Positions 28,342 through 38,484 are shown, counted from the first letter of the stretch. The stretch: 64,000 bases of DNA from an uncultured bacterium (GCA_937879955.1 CALFMK010000001.1:91504-155503), one strand, 5' to 3'. A program made the numbers and translations. Notes: generated by a model from the letters alone, not told the origin.

Positions 28342-28377
28342 GGATTCATGACGCACAACCGCGGCAATGTAAAGGAG

Positions 28378-28428
28378 ATGAAGACCGGGTCTATCTATGA
28401 CCTTGCTATTCATCTTGCTTACGCATAG
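28378..28428 (+). CDS. Candidate 16-aa leader peptide reading MKTGSIYDLAIHLAYA
   Basis: The RBS AAAGGAG sits directly upstream of the ATG. A terminator hairpin follows 35 nt after the stop, and the GNAT gene follows 100 nt after the stop. Confidence 0.35.
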   Translation: MKTGSIYDLAIHLAYA

Positions 28429-28463
28429 CCGCGATTTTTCTTCCTCACGTTTCTAAAGAAGGA

Positions 28464-28500
28464 CCTCGGCTCTGCGGAAGCCGAGGTTTTCTCGTCTTTT
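28464..28500 (+). terminator. Intrinsic terminator or attenuator in the leader of the GNAT gene
   Basis: CCTCGGCT-ctgcggaa-GCCGAGG followed by TTTTCTCGTCTTTT. It ends 30 nt before the GNAT ATG, and there is no upstream plus-strand gene for it to terminate. Confidence 0.5.
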
Positions 28501-28530
28501 AGCAGAGCATGTTCTTTGAAAGGAACGGCA

Positions 28531-29184
28531 ATGACCGACCATTTCATCATCTATGAAGGAATCCGCATCTCCTTGGCGCTGATCCAGAAAACATACGGGT
28601 CCGAATACATCCTGTGGCCGAATCGACGCATCGATATAAGCGGCACGCTCCAACGCGGCCCCTATTGGCCCGAGGACTTCGACGAATGGGTCGATAGGCT
28701 CCGGAAAGATAAGGGCAAGAACGAGGCATTCGCGGTCCTCGTGCACGGAGGAGAGTTATCAACGCGCACGTATCGGTATATCGGGCATATGGGTATCCAC
28801 AGCATCTCGTGGCCGAGCGGATACGCCACGACCGGCTCCGTTCTCGGAGGCGACGATGCCCGTGGCAAAGGATACGGGACCGAGGCGAAGCTCTGGACGC
28901 AGTACCACGCGTTCATGGTCCTCGGCCTCCGGAAGCTTTCTTCCGAGGTGAAGGCGTTTAACGCCGGAAGCCTCGGACATCTGCTTAAGTGCGGATACCG
29001 CATCATCGGCCGCCGGAAGGCTCACGACTTCCATGAAGGAAGCTTCGTGGACACTATTATCCTCGAATGCTTCCGCGAGGACTGGGAATCCATCTGGAAC
29101 GAGTACCGTTCCTCGGAGAAGCTCCCGAAGCTTTCAGAAGCGCAGCGGAGGCTCGTGCGAAGAGAGACTAATCAAAAAGACTGA
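28531..29184 (+). CDS. GNAT-family N-acetyltransferase, Acetyltransf_3 or RimJ/RimL-like
   Basis: The ATG at 28531 is preceded by AAAGGAA. The acetyl-CoA-binding motif region reads GGDDARGKGYGTEA. The GC content of about 56% is intermediate. Confidence 0.75.
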   Translation: MTDHFIIYEGIRISLALIQKTYGSEYILWPNRRIDISGTLQRGPYWPEDFDEWVDRLRKDKGKNEAFAVLVHGGELSTRTYRYIGHMGIHSISWPSGYATTGSVLGGDDARGKGYGTEAKLWTQYHAFMVLGLRKLSSEVKAFNAGSLGHLLKCGYRIIGRRKAHDFHEGSFVDTIILECFREDWESIWNEYRSSEKLPKLSEAQRRLVRRETNQKD

Positions 29185-29226
29185 TAACACCAACCTAAAG
29201 CCGCTCCGGAAGGAGCGGCTTGTTCC

Positions 29227-31011
29227 TCACCGCAATGCCGTATCCAGAAACTCGACGATCTTAGGATAGGCATCGAGGCGATTTTTGAGCTTCGCTATCC
29301 CATGTCCTTCGTCGGAATATACAAGCAGTTGAACCTGCCTGCCGAGCATGCGTAGTTTCTCAACCACCTGCTCTGCCTCTGAAAGTGGTACGCGCGGGTC
29401 GTTCGTTCCGTGGATGACCAGTAGCGGTGCGCGCACCTTCTCGATAGCGTGTATCGGGGAGATCCTTTCCAAGAGCTCCTTGTCATGCTCAAGCGAGCCG
29501 TATTCCGCTTCACGAACTGCTCGGCGATACGGAGCGGTGTTCTCGAGGAACGTGACGAAGTTCGCGATTCCTAGCGTGTCGATTCCGGCGGCCCAGTACT
29601 CGGGATGGAACGCCAGGCAGGCAAGCACCATGAATCCTCCGTAACTAGCCCCAGAGAGAGCTATTCGACCGGCGTCTATGTCGGGTCTGTCTGCAAGATA
29701 GTCGCGCAACGCTACGATATCCTTTACTGAATCCAGTCGCTTTTCTACATCATCGAGCGCTTGATATGTCTTTCCATATCCCGTGCTACCTCGTACGTTC
29801 GGTGCGACCACAGCATACCCGTGATGTACCAAGTACTGCGTGAACGGCTGATATACCGACAGGTACTGCGATTCTGGACCGCCGTGTATATCAATCACAA
29901 CCGGCAGCCTTGCTCCTGGTTCGACTCCATCCGGAAGGTACATGAACGCAGGTATGGAAAGACCGTCAAACGAGTCATAACGGATGAGTTCAGGCTCTAC
30001 CATCGCTTCCGGTGGGACACCCTGGGTACTATAGGTGAGCTGTCGCGATACTCCCGTCTCGAGATCGAGCACCCATACGTCCATGGTGCGCCGTGAGTCT
30101 CCTAGAACGAATGTCACGAGAGAACCGCTCTCTGAGAAGCGCACTCGATAGATATTCCCGGCCGGAAATCGATATGTCCGAGTCTCGAACGTATGTGCAT
30201 CATGGAGGGAGACGTGCTTGTATCCTTCCTCGTTCACGATAACGGCAATGTTCGTGCCGTTGCGGTCTATGGTGAAGTCCTCTATGTCCCAGTCCGGCGT
30301 ATATACGTACTCGATGCTTCTTTTTGCAAGTGAATATCGTGCAAGGCCATTGAATTCGCGTCCCGCGTCTTGAATCAAGAAGAATGCTGATTCATCCGGA
30401 AGCCAGGATGCGCCCATGTAAAATACACTCCCTTCATGTGGAGTAAGGTGTTCGATACTACCCGTACCGAGATGTATGAGCACCAGATCAGTGTTCGCAC
30501 TCGAATCCTTTCTTCGTGCTGTCACATACGTTCCTTTCGGTGAGAATCCCTCCGCTGCGTTCCAGCCTCCGGTATCAAGGATGCATCGTCTCTCCTTTGT
30601 GTGCACGTCGAGTGTATATACATCAAAATCCTTTCCGTTCCTCTCGTTCGAGGAGAAACAAATATAATTTCCGTCCGAAGACCAGGCACCAAAGTCGTGA
30701 CGTGCGGCGGGCTGTGCGGTGAGATCTGTAACTATCCGTGTGTCTAAATTAAGTAGATAGAGCTGTGTCTGCTCGTTCCCGTCCTCTGCCTTACCAAATA
30801 TGAGAGTCTCTTCAACGGGAGAGAATCGTACGAAAGAGATAGAATCGTCGAAGTTTGTAAGCTGCTCTGGCTCGCCGCCCTCAACCGCGACGAGAAAAAC
30901 CTGGGACGTGCCAGTGCTGTTGCTCAAATAGGCGACATGAGATCCGTCAGGACTGAAACTTGGGTCTCCGCTCGCCCTGGTTTCGAGGAAATCTTTAATA
31001 CTGTATGCCAT
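29227..31011 (-). CDS. S9-family serine peptidase with an N-terminal beta-propeller, a prolyl oligopeptidase or acylaminoacyl-peptidase-like enzyme
   Basis: 594 aa. The N-terminus has TolB-like WD/propeller repeats. The C-terminal alpha/beta hydrolase carries GASYGG (the nucleophile Ser), plus Asp and His. The gene is about 52% GC against about 65% in the surrounding DNA. Confidence 0.85.
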   Translation of the reverse strand: MAYSIKDFLETRASGDPSFSPDGSHVAYLSNSTGTSQVFLVAVEGGEPEQLTNFDDSISFVRFSPVEETLIFGKAEDGNEQTQLYLLNLDTRIVTDLTAQPAARHDFGAWSSDGNYICFSSNERNGKDFDVYTLDVHTKERRCILDTGGWNAAEGFSPKGTYVTARRKDSSANTDLVLIHLGTGSIEHLTPHEGSVFYMGASWLPDESAFFLIQDAGREFNGLARYSLAKRSIEYVYTPDWDIEDFTIDRNGTNIAVIVNEEGYKHVSLHDAHTFETRTYRFPAGNIYRVRFSESGSLVTFVLGDSRRTMDVWVLDLETGVSRQLTYSTQGVPPEAMVEPELIRYDSFDGLSIPAFMYLPDGVEPGARLPVVIDIHGGPESQYLSVYQPFTQYLVHHGYAVVAPNVRGSTGYGKTYQALDDVEKRLDSVKDIVALRDYLADRPDIDAGRIALSGASYGGFMVLACLAFHPEYWAAGIDTLGIANFVTFLENTAPYRRAVREAEYGSLEHDKELLERISPIHAIEKVRAPLLVIHGTNDPRVPLSEAEQVVEKLRMLGRQVQLLVYSDEGHGIAKLKNRLDAYPKIVEFLDTALR

Positions 31012-31101
31012 AGCTACTTTAGATTATATGTGAACAAGGTCTGAGATTAAGAGGATATGAAATTTAAGAACAGAAGAAGAATAGAACTCTGGAAATGAAT
31101 A

Positions 31102-31131
31102 GGGACCGTCATCCCGAAGGATGACGGTCCC
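31102..31131 (-). terminator. Stem-loop, probably a terminator, immediately downstream of the small peptide ORF
   Basis: A perfect 13-bp stem, GGGACCGTCATCC-CGAA-GGATGACGGTCCC. On the minus strand it is followed by a T-rich tract (ATTCATTTCC...TTCTTCTTCTGTTCTT). Confidence 0.5.
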
Positions 31132-31141
31132 ATGATTGCAG

Positions 31142-31240
31142 CTAGTGGCCGCAACCGACGCCGTCGCCGCCGTTGCCGCAGCCGCCGTCCCCGTCGCAGC
31201 CGCCATTGCCGCCGCGGAAGCTCATCTTACCGTAGGACAT
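31142..31240 (-). CDS. Candidate 32-aa Gly/Cys/Asp-rich peptide reading MSYGKMSFRGGNGGCDGDGGCGNGGDGVGCGH. It is not in the ORF track.
   Basis: A perfect Shine-Dalgarno sequence, AAGGAGG, lies 5 nt upstream of the ATG. A TAG stop is followed 10 nt later by the 13-bp hairpin. It sits in an AT-rich island between the HK and the S9 peptidase. The GC-rich repeat codons in the other frames give the tracked 60-aa artefact ORFs. Confidence 0.4.
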   Translation of the reverse strand: MSYGKMSFRGGNGGCDGDGGCGNGGDGVGCGH

Positions 31241-31617
31241 TTCTGCCTCCTTAGTTTACTGTCATCGCCAATCGACAACAGCAGGTACAACCGCAGAAGG
31301 TCTGCGGCTGTTGATTAGAACCTGTCGGGCTCGCAGGGCAAGTCGTTGACCGGTTCGATGGGTCGATACCCATTCTCTTCAGGATGGTCCATTGGAGAAA
31401 TGGGTCGTTGGTGCTTATCAAAGATCATTTATAGCTCCTTTTGGCACGGTTTGGACTCAAAATGAGTGCCAAATTTGACCTATAAATTAGAATCCTTGCT
31501 AAAGGGGAGAAGAAAGGATTCTTGTCTGCGAGGACAATACACCACCTATATGATGAAAAGATGAGATAAAGATAAAATTTTCCTGGATTTCTTAGACTAG
31601 ACCTAACCTCCCATCTT

Positions 31618-33261
31618 CTAGATTGGAAGCTCGACGGTGAACTTGGAACCCTTGTCAGCGCCTGCGGACTCCGCGCGGACCGTGCCGCCATGGGCCTCGA
31701 TGATGTTCTTCACGATGTAGAGCCCGAAGCCGGTGGACTCGACGTTGATCTTCGTGGAATTCGCGCCGTGCCCGCCCTCGGTGAAGAGATGTTCCATATC
31801 TTCCTTCGTGATGCCGACGCCCGTGTCCTCGACGACGAAACGGACCGTCTTGCCGTCCTGCGCGAGCGAGACCTTCACCTGCCCTTTCGGCGTGTACTTG
31901 ATGGAGTTGTCGATGATGTTCTTGAGCGCGTTCATGAGCTGGCCCTTGTCGCCCGGATACATGACCGGCGCGGCGCCGAGATCAAGGATCAGGGCGAGAC
32001 CCTTCGCGTCCGCCGCTGCCTTGAGGTCAAGGATGATCTCCTCGATGAGCTGCTTCAGGTCGAACGGCTCCTTCCGGTATTCCACCTTGCCGCTCTTGAT
32101 GTTCGCGGCGTTCAGGATCTCCTGAATGGTGGCGATGCCCTTCGTGTCGGACCGGAAGCCTTCCTCGACCATAGGCTTCATGGGCTCGGGAATCGGGCCG
32201 AAATCACCCTCCTTTATGAGCGAGAATATGTTGCGCGATTTCGTCACGAAGCCCTTGATCTGGTGCGTGATGAAGTGGATGAGCGTCACCTGCTGGCGGT
32301 TCGAGACCTGGAGCTGCGCGGCGAGCTGCTCGATCTCCGTGCGCTGCTGCACCTCGTGCTTGAAGGTCCGTATGAGGGTGTAGCCGAGTATGGCGAGGAA
32401 GACGAGCGTCACGACGACGATCCAGCGGACAATGGAGATGTTCTGGATGAAGAGGATGCTGAACACGGCGAGCCAGAGGCCGATGACGAGCACCTGGGCG
32501 GCCATGGTCTGGCTCCTGCCGACGAACTTCGCCTGGATCACGAAGTACGAGAGTGCGCCGATCGTGACCGGAATCACGAACAGGCCGTACTGGCCGATCG
32601 CCCAGTCCTCGGAGAAGCTGCCGATGATGTTCCCGGACGAAAAGCCGAGCAGGAGGACGAGCGAGGTCCCTGCGACGAGGAGAATCGGCGCCTTCTGCAT
32701 GGCGGCCTTCCTCCCGAGCCATGAGCTGAAGGCTATGCCGATGATCCAGAGCACATAGAGGATCTCGATAAGGTAGTTGTAATACGCGAGCGGACCCTCG
32801 ATCACCTCGCGATCACAGTCGGTCAGGTTGAACCCGATGATGTTCCAGTGCGTTGCCGTGAGCGCGATGGTCGGCAGGAGCGGGAGCACGATAAGGAGCT
32901 TCGTCTTCCAGGACACGTCGTTCCCGGTCATGAACACGAGCACGAAGTACACGAATCCGGCGTAGATGATCGGCTCGATCATGTTCACGAGGGACCAGGC
33001 GAACACCACGGTGCGGAGGCTATCGGTCGCCCAGAGGATGAGGTCGAGGAGGAGCCAGGTGCTGAGGGTAAGCGCGATGAAGAGCAGCACCTTGTTCAGG
33101 AGCGACCTCCGGTTCGCGAAGTATATGAAGAACCCGAAGATGAGCGAGACCAGCACCGGCGTGAGATGCGAGTAATAGATGAGCGGCGAGAAGACGTTCT
33201 CCGAGAAGAAGACGAGCGGGCTCGTGCCCCATTCGCATGCGGCTATCATTCCTTCGATCAT
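31618..33261 (-). CDS. Sensor histidine kinase with a multi-TM N-terminal sensor domain (8-9 TM). No cognate response regulator is nearby.
   Basis: 547 aa. The N-terminal 320 aa are polytopic. A HisKA-like H-box (FITHQIKGF) is present. The HATPase_c N, G1 and G2 boxes read NALKNIIDNSIKYT, EDTGVGI and GFGLYIVKNIIEAHGG. Confidence 0.85.
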   Translation of the reverse strand: MIEGMIAACEWGTSPLVFFSENVFSPLIYYSHLTPVLVSLIFGFFIYFANRRSLLNKVLLFIALTLSTWLLLDLILWATDSLRTVVFAWSLVNMIEPIIYAGFVYFVLVFMTGNDVSWKTKLLIVLPLLPTIALTATHWNIIGFNLTDCDREVIEGPLAYYNYLIEILYVLWIIGIAFSSWLGRKAAMQKAPILLVAGTSLVLLLGFSSGNIIGSFSEDWAIGQYGLFVIPVTIGALSYFVIQAKFVGRSQTMAAQVLVIGLWLAVFSILFIQNISIVRWIVVVTLVFLAILGYTLIRTFKHEVQQRTEIEQLAAQLQVSNRQQVTLIHFITHQIKGFVTKSRNIFSLIKEGDFGPIPEPMKPMVEEGFRSDTKGIATIQEILNAANIKSGKVEYRKEPFDLKQLIEEIILDLKAAADAKGLALILDLGAAPVMYPGDKGQLMNALKNIIDNSIKYTPKGQVKVSLAQDGKTVRFVVEDTGVGITKEDMEHLFTEGGHGANSTKINVESTGFGLYIVKNIIEAHGGTVRAESAGADKGSKFTVELPI

Positions 33262-33458
33262 AGGTAGTCGACGAATAGCGGGAACTCGCTCTGGATGACC
33301 TCCCCTATCTGCTCCTCATCGGTGAAGACCAGGAAGTCGCGGTTCAGGTACGCGTTGTAATAGGTGTACGCCGCCGCGAGGATCACGAGTATCCCGGTCA
33401 CGGCGAACGGATCGATATGGATGCCCCTAGCCTTTTCCATGCTTGGATAATACCTCAC
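33258..33458 (-). CDS. Small membrane protein translationally coupled to the histidine kinase
   Basis: 66 aa, with a probable start at MEKARG and one TM helix (FAVTGILVILAAAYTYY). Its TGA stop overlaps the HK ATG, giving an ATGA overlap. Confidence 0.45.
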   Translation of the reverse strand: MRYYPSMEKARGIHIDPFAVTGILVILAAAYTYYNAYLNRDFLVFTDEEQIGEVIQSEFPLFVDYL

Positions 33459-33933
33459 GCTCGTACGCTTTCTGGAAATGCTTCGGGATAAAGGGCAGGT
33501 AGGATTTATATACCTCTACCGGGAGCGTCTGTACGGGGCCGACGAACCGGCGGACGCCCGGTCCGTCCGGCTCGAACGTCTCGAAGCAGTAGTCAGGATC
33601 CTCCTCGGTCGTGGAGTAGTCGAACGTAATCTCCTCACCTGCTTTTAGGTCGCGGAGCGCGTGAAGCGTGAGCTTCCGGCTCCCCTTCAGGCCTGCGGTT
33701 GGGTTGCAGGAGTGGTTCAGGTACTGGAATTCGTCGATTGGATCGATCCAGGTATCCTTCCCGATCCCGATCCAGTCACCATAGCGGTTGCTCTGGCCGA
33801 AGATGGTCGGCTCGTAGCGCACCTTCGAGCCGCGGAGCTCCGCGATGAACTGCCCTTTCTTGAGCGGCTGTCGCGTAAAGACGCCGTAGCCGTGTATCGG
33901 GCTCTTAAGGACTGCGAGTGATGCCTTTTTCAT
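33427..33933 (-). CDS. SET-domain protein, a putative protein-lysine methyltransferase
   Basis: The internal start is MKKASLAVLKSPIHGYGVF and is preceded by AGGAGA. SET motifs GxG, YLNHSCNPT (NHSC) and ITFDY are present. The tracked ORF carries 23 extra N-terminal residues. Confidence 0.7.
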   Translation of the reverse strand: MKKASLAVLKSPIHGYGVFTRQPLKKGQFIAELRGSKVRYEPTIFGQSNRYGDWIGIGKDTWIDPIDEFQYLNHSCNPTAGLKGSRKLTLHALRDLKAGEEITFDYSTTEEDPDYCFETFEPDGPGVRRFVGPVQTLPVEVYKSYLPFIPKHFQKAYEREVLSKHGKG

Positions 33934-34045
33934 GTAGGTCTCCTGACGAATGAGAATGCCGAGAGTTATGGCAATTGTGGCACATCTGCACAGGTGTGAC
34001 AAAAGGTGCTATGGGAAAAGAAAACGCCCCTGGTCCATTGCTGGA

Positions 34046-34711
34046 TCAGGGGCGCGCGAGGGAGGCCTTGCCTGGCGGGGTGCGCCAGGCAAGGAAGCCC
34101 ATGAGGCCGTGAAGGATCGCGTTGCTCACGGGGTAGACCATGAGCACCGTCGCGAACCCGTGCTCGGCGAACGTGACGCAGCCGAGCAGGCAGTAGGCGG
34201 TACACCAGACCGACCACGGAAGCGGGTGCTCCCCTTCGGGATTCTTCCAGGTCTCGGCGACCATCGGAACGAAGGAGACCACCGTGCTCACGTTGGTGAG
34301 GATCAGGAACGCCAGGGTCAGGACGTCGCGGGTCTCTTGCGAGATGCGCTCGTCGTTGCTGGCGTACCATACGATCGCATACGCGACCGTCAGGCTCAGG
34401 TCGATGGATATCGCAATCCGCGACAGCAGCTCTTTCGGCCACTTGAACTGCCCTTTCGAGCAGCAGATCGCGGCGACGCGAAGGCTCAGGATCGCGCAGG
34501 TGATCGGCAGGATGAAGATCTTGAAGTTCCCTTCGAGATCCCAACCGACCGTGGCGAGCTCGAGCACGGTGAGCGTCGCGGTGCCGTACGCGAACATGAA
34601 CCAGGTCGTCGGATTCGGATTCACTTCGTTGCGAAGCGACTTCCGGATGTAGATCAGATATCCCAGGGCCTGCAGCAGGCCCGAGAACATCGCCAGATAG
34701 ACAACGCCCAT
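34046..34711 (-). CDS. Polytopic membrane protein with 6-7 TM segments, hypothetical
   Basis: 221 aa. It has a strong AAGGAGG Shine-Dalgarno sequence and an upstream TTGCAT-17-TATGGT promoter. It lies 113 nt upstream of the SET-domain gene. Confidence 0.65.
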   Translation of the reverse strand: MGVVYLAMFSGLLQALGYLIYIRKSLRNEVNPNPTTWFMFAYGTATLTVLELATVGWDLEGNFKIFILPITCAILSLRVAAICCSKGQFKWPKELLSRIAISIDLSLTVAYAIVWYASNDERISQETRDVLTLAFLILTNVSTVVSFVPMVAETWKNPEGEHPLPWSVWCTAYCLLGCVTFAEHGFATVLMVYPVSNAILHGLMGFLAWRTPPGKASLARP

Positions 34712-34782
34712 AGCGGACCTCCTTCAATTCCTTGAAAAGACCGGGGAGCAATCGACGGGACTAGCCCGTTTGCTCTCTAGAT

Positions 34783-34811
34783 ACCATACCACACCTATTT
34801 AAAATATGCAA
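34783..34811 (-). promoter_or_regulatory. Sigma70-like promoter for the membrane-protein and SET genes
   Basis: On the minus strand the sequence reads TTGCAT, a 17-nt spacer, then TATGGT. It is followed about 60 nt later by the AAGGAGG Shine-Dalgarno sequence and the ATG. Confidence 0.4.
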
Positions 34812-34884
34812 CCCCCGCGATACCTGTTCAAGGCTGCGGGGGTTATGTGAAAGCGAGCGCGTTCTGCGCTCGCCATAAAAGAGC

Positions 34885-35094
34885 CTATTTTAAGGGTATT
34901 CTCGCCTCAGATATGAGCAGGATAACCACTATGAAAGACGCTAATCCTTGAAAGAATGAACGGTCGAGCGCACGATTCCAGTTCCTCTGAGTGAACCACT
35001 GGTGCGCGAAGTGGCCGATGCCGATGACCGTCCATGGAAAAAACACGATAACCAATAGCATGCACATCTCCCTCGTACGCATCCAGTAAAGCAT
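34885..35094 (-). CDS. Small membrane protein, hypothetical. This is a weak call.
   Basis: 69 aa with two hydrophobic segments and lower GC content. It lies 52 nt downstream of lysS. Confidence 0.3.
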   Translation of the reverse strand: MLYWMRTREMCMLLVIVFFPWTVIGIGHFAHQWFTQRNWNRALDRSFFQGLASFIVVILLISEARIPLK

Positions 35095-35146
35095 GCCGCT
35101 CAGGAAAGCGAACGTCAGATATCGTTTCGGGGTGGGGAAACGCGCT

Positions 35147-36610
35147 CTAGTCGCGAGGGCGCATCAAGGGGAACAGCTGAGCCTCCCGCACGTCCTTGTT
35201 CATGAGGAAGCTGAAGAGGCGCTCAGAGAGACCGAAGCCGAAGGCTGGCGGCATGCCGTACTCGAGCGCTTCCACGAAGTCCATGTCCGCCATCTGCGCC
35301 TCGTCGTCGCCGGCATCCCGGAGCGCCTGCTGCTTCATGAACCGCTCCTTCTGGTCCACAGGATCGTTGAGCTCGGAGAAGCCCTTCCCCATCTCGCTGC
35401 CTGCGAGGATGACCTGGAAGCGCTCCACGACCCTCGGGTCCTTCTCGCTCTTCTTCGCGAGCGGCTCGAGGTATACCGGCACGCCGATGAGGAAGCCGGG
35501 GCCCGAGACGGTCTTGCGGACCTTCTTCCAGAGGAGGTCCACGCCGCGCTCGACGCTCATGGTGTCCATGTCCTTCTCGATGCCTGCCTTCGCGAGCGCC
35601 GCCTTCACCTCGTCGAGAGTGGCCGTGAGCGGATCGAGGCCGTACTCCTTCCTGATGACCTCGCAGAAGTCGTAGGTCTCCCAGTCTTTCCCAAGGTCCA
35701 CCGTATGCTCGCCGATGATGAACTCGAGCGTGCCGAAGGTCTCGTACGCAACGGTCCGGTACAAGTCCGTGATCATGCGCATGCCCTCCTCGTAGTCCGA
35801 GTAGGCCTGATAGAACTCGAGCTGGGTGTAGTCCTGGAGATGCTCGCGGGACATGCCCTCATTACGGAAGATGCGGCCGATCTCGAAGGTCTTCGGGAGT
35901 CCGCCCACGAGGAGCATCTTCTGCCAGAGCTCGCCGGCAGAGATGCGCAGGTACACGTCGATATCGAGCGCGTTGTGATGCGTCACGAACGGGCGCGCAT
36001 CGGCGCCTCCCGTGGTGTTCTCGAGGACCGGCGTCTCTACCTCCACGAACTCGCGCGCGAGGAGGTACGTACGGATGCTATTCCAGAACACGGAGCGCTT
36101 CTTCGCGTTCTCGAGCACGTCCTTGTTGAGGAGCATGTCGAGGTACCGGCGGCGGAACCGCTCGTCCTCGTCAGCGAGGCCGTACCACTCGTCCGGGATC
36201 GGACGGAGCGTCTTCGAGAGGATCTGCCATACGGAGACCATGAGGCTCTCCTGGCCGCTCTTGGTGCGCATCGGCGTACCTGTCACCTCGATGAAGTCGC
36301 CGGTGTCCACCGTGTCCTGGAAGAGCGCAAAGGGCTCGGCGCCGATCTCGTCCTTCTTAAGGAAGAGCTGGATGCGGCCGGTCCCGTCCTCGATGTCAAC
36401 GAACGAGGAGCCGCCGTGCGTGCGAATGGCACGGACGCGTCCGGCAACCATGAGATTGCCGCCCTCGGTCTCGAGCACGTTGAACCCGCCAAGGACCTGG
36501 CCGATCTCGTGGGTGCGCTTGGTGCGATTCGGGTACGGCGTGATGCCTTTCTCCTCAAGGAGCTTCAGCTTTCTCAGACGCTCTGCGCGGATCTCATCAA
36601 GTGCTGACAT
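35147..36610 (-). CDS. lysS: Lysine--tRNA ligase, class II
   Basis: 487 aa. It has an N-terminal OB fold and class II motifs (FRNEG, GGLPKT..., GFGLSERL). It is LysRS-like over its full length. Confidence 0.95.
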   Translation of the reverse strand: MSALDEIRAERLRKLKLLEEKGITPYPNRTKRTHEIGQVLGGFNVLETEGGNLMVAGRVRAIRTHGGSSFVDIEDGTGRIQLFLKKDEIGAEPFALFQDTVDTGDFIEVTGTPMRTKSGQESLMVSVWQILSKTLRPIPDEWYGLADEDERFRRRYLDMLLNKDVLENAKKRSVFWNSIRTYLLAREFVEVETPVLENTTGGADARPFVTHHNALDIDVYLRISAGELWQKMLLVGGLPKTFEIGRIFRNEGMSREHLQDYTQLEFYQAYSDYEEGMRMITDLYRTVAYETFGTLEFIIGEHTVDLGKDWETYDFCEVIRKEYGLDPLTATLDEVKAALAKAGIEKDMDTMSVERGVDLLWKKVRKTVSGPGFLIGVPVYLEPLAKKSEKDPRVVERFQVILAGSEMGKGFSELNDPVDQKERFMKQQALRDAGDDEAQMADMDFVEALEYGMPPAFGFGLSERLFSFLMNKDVREAQLFPLMRPRD

Positions 36611-36638
36611 GGTGGAAATATCGTATCACGCCCGAGCG

Positions 36639-38441
<1,803 letters not shown>

Positions 38442-38484
38442 GAAGCGTTCATTATACCACAGAACGCTTTATTTCTGCCGTTTC

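Noticed and set aside
31024-31318. Two 60-aa ORFs (31136..31318 + and 31024..31206 -) encoding poly-Ala and Val stretches
   Set aside because: They are alternative-frame readings of the GC-rich GGC, GAC and TGC codon repeats of the 32-aa peptide gene. They have no RBS and no start-codon context. The frame that carries a Shine-Dalgarno sequence is the Gly/Cys peptide.
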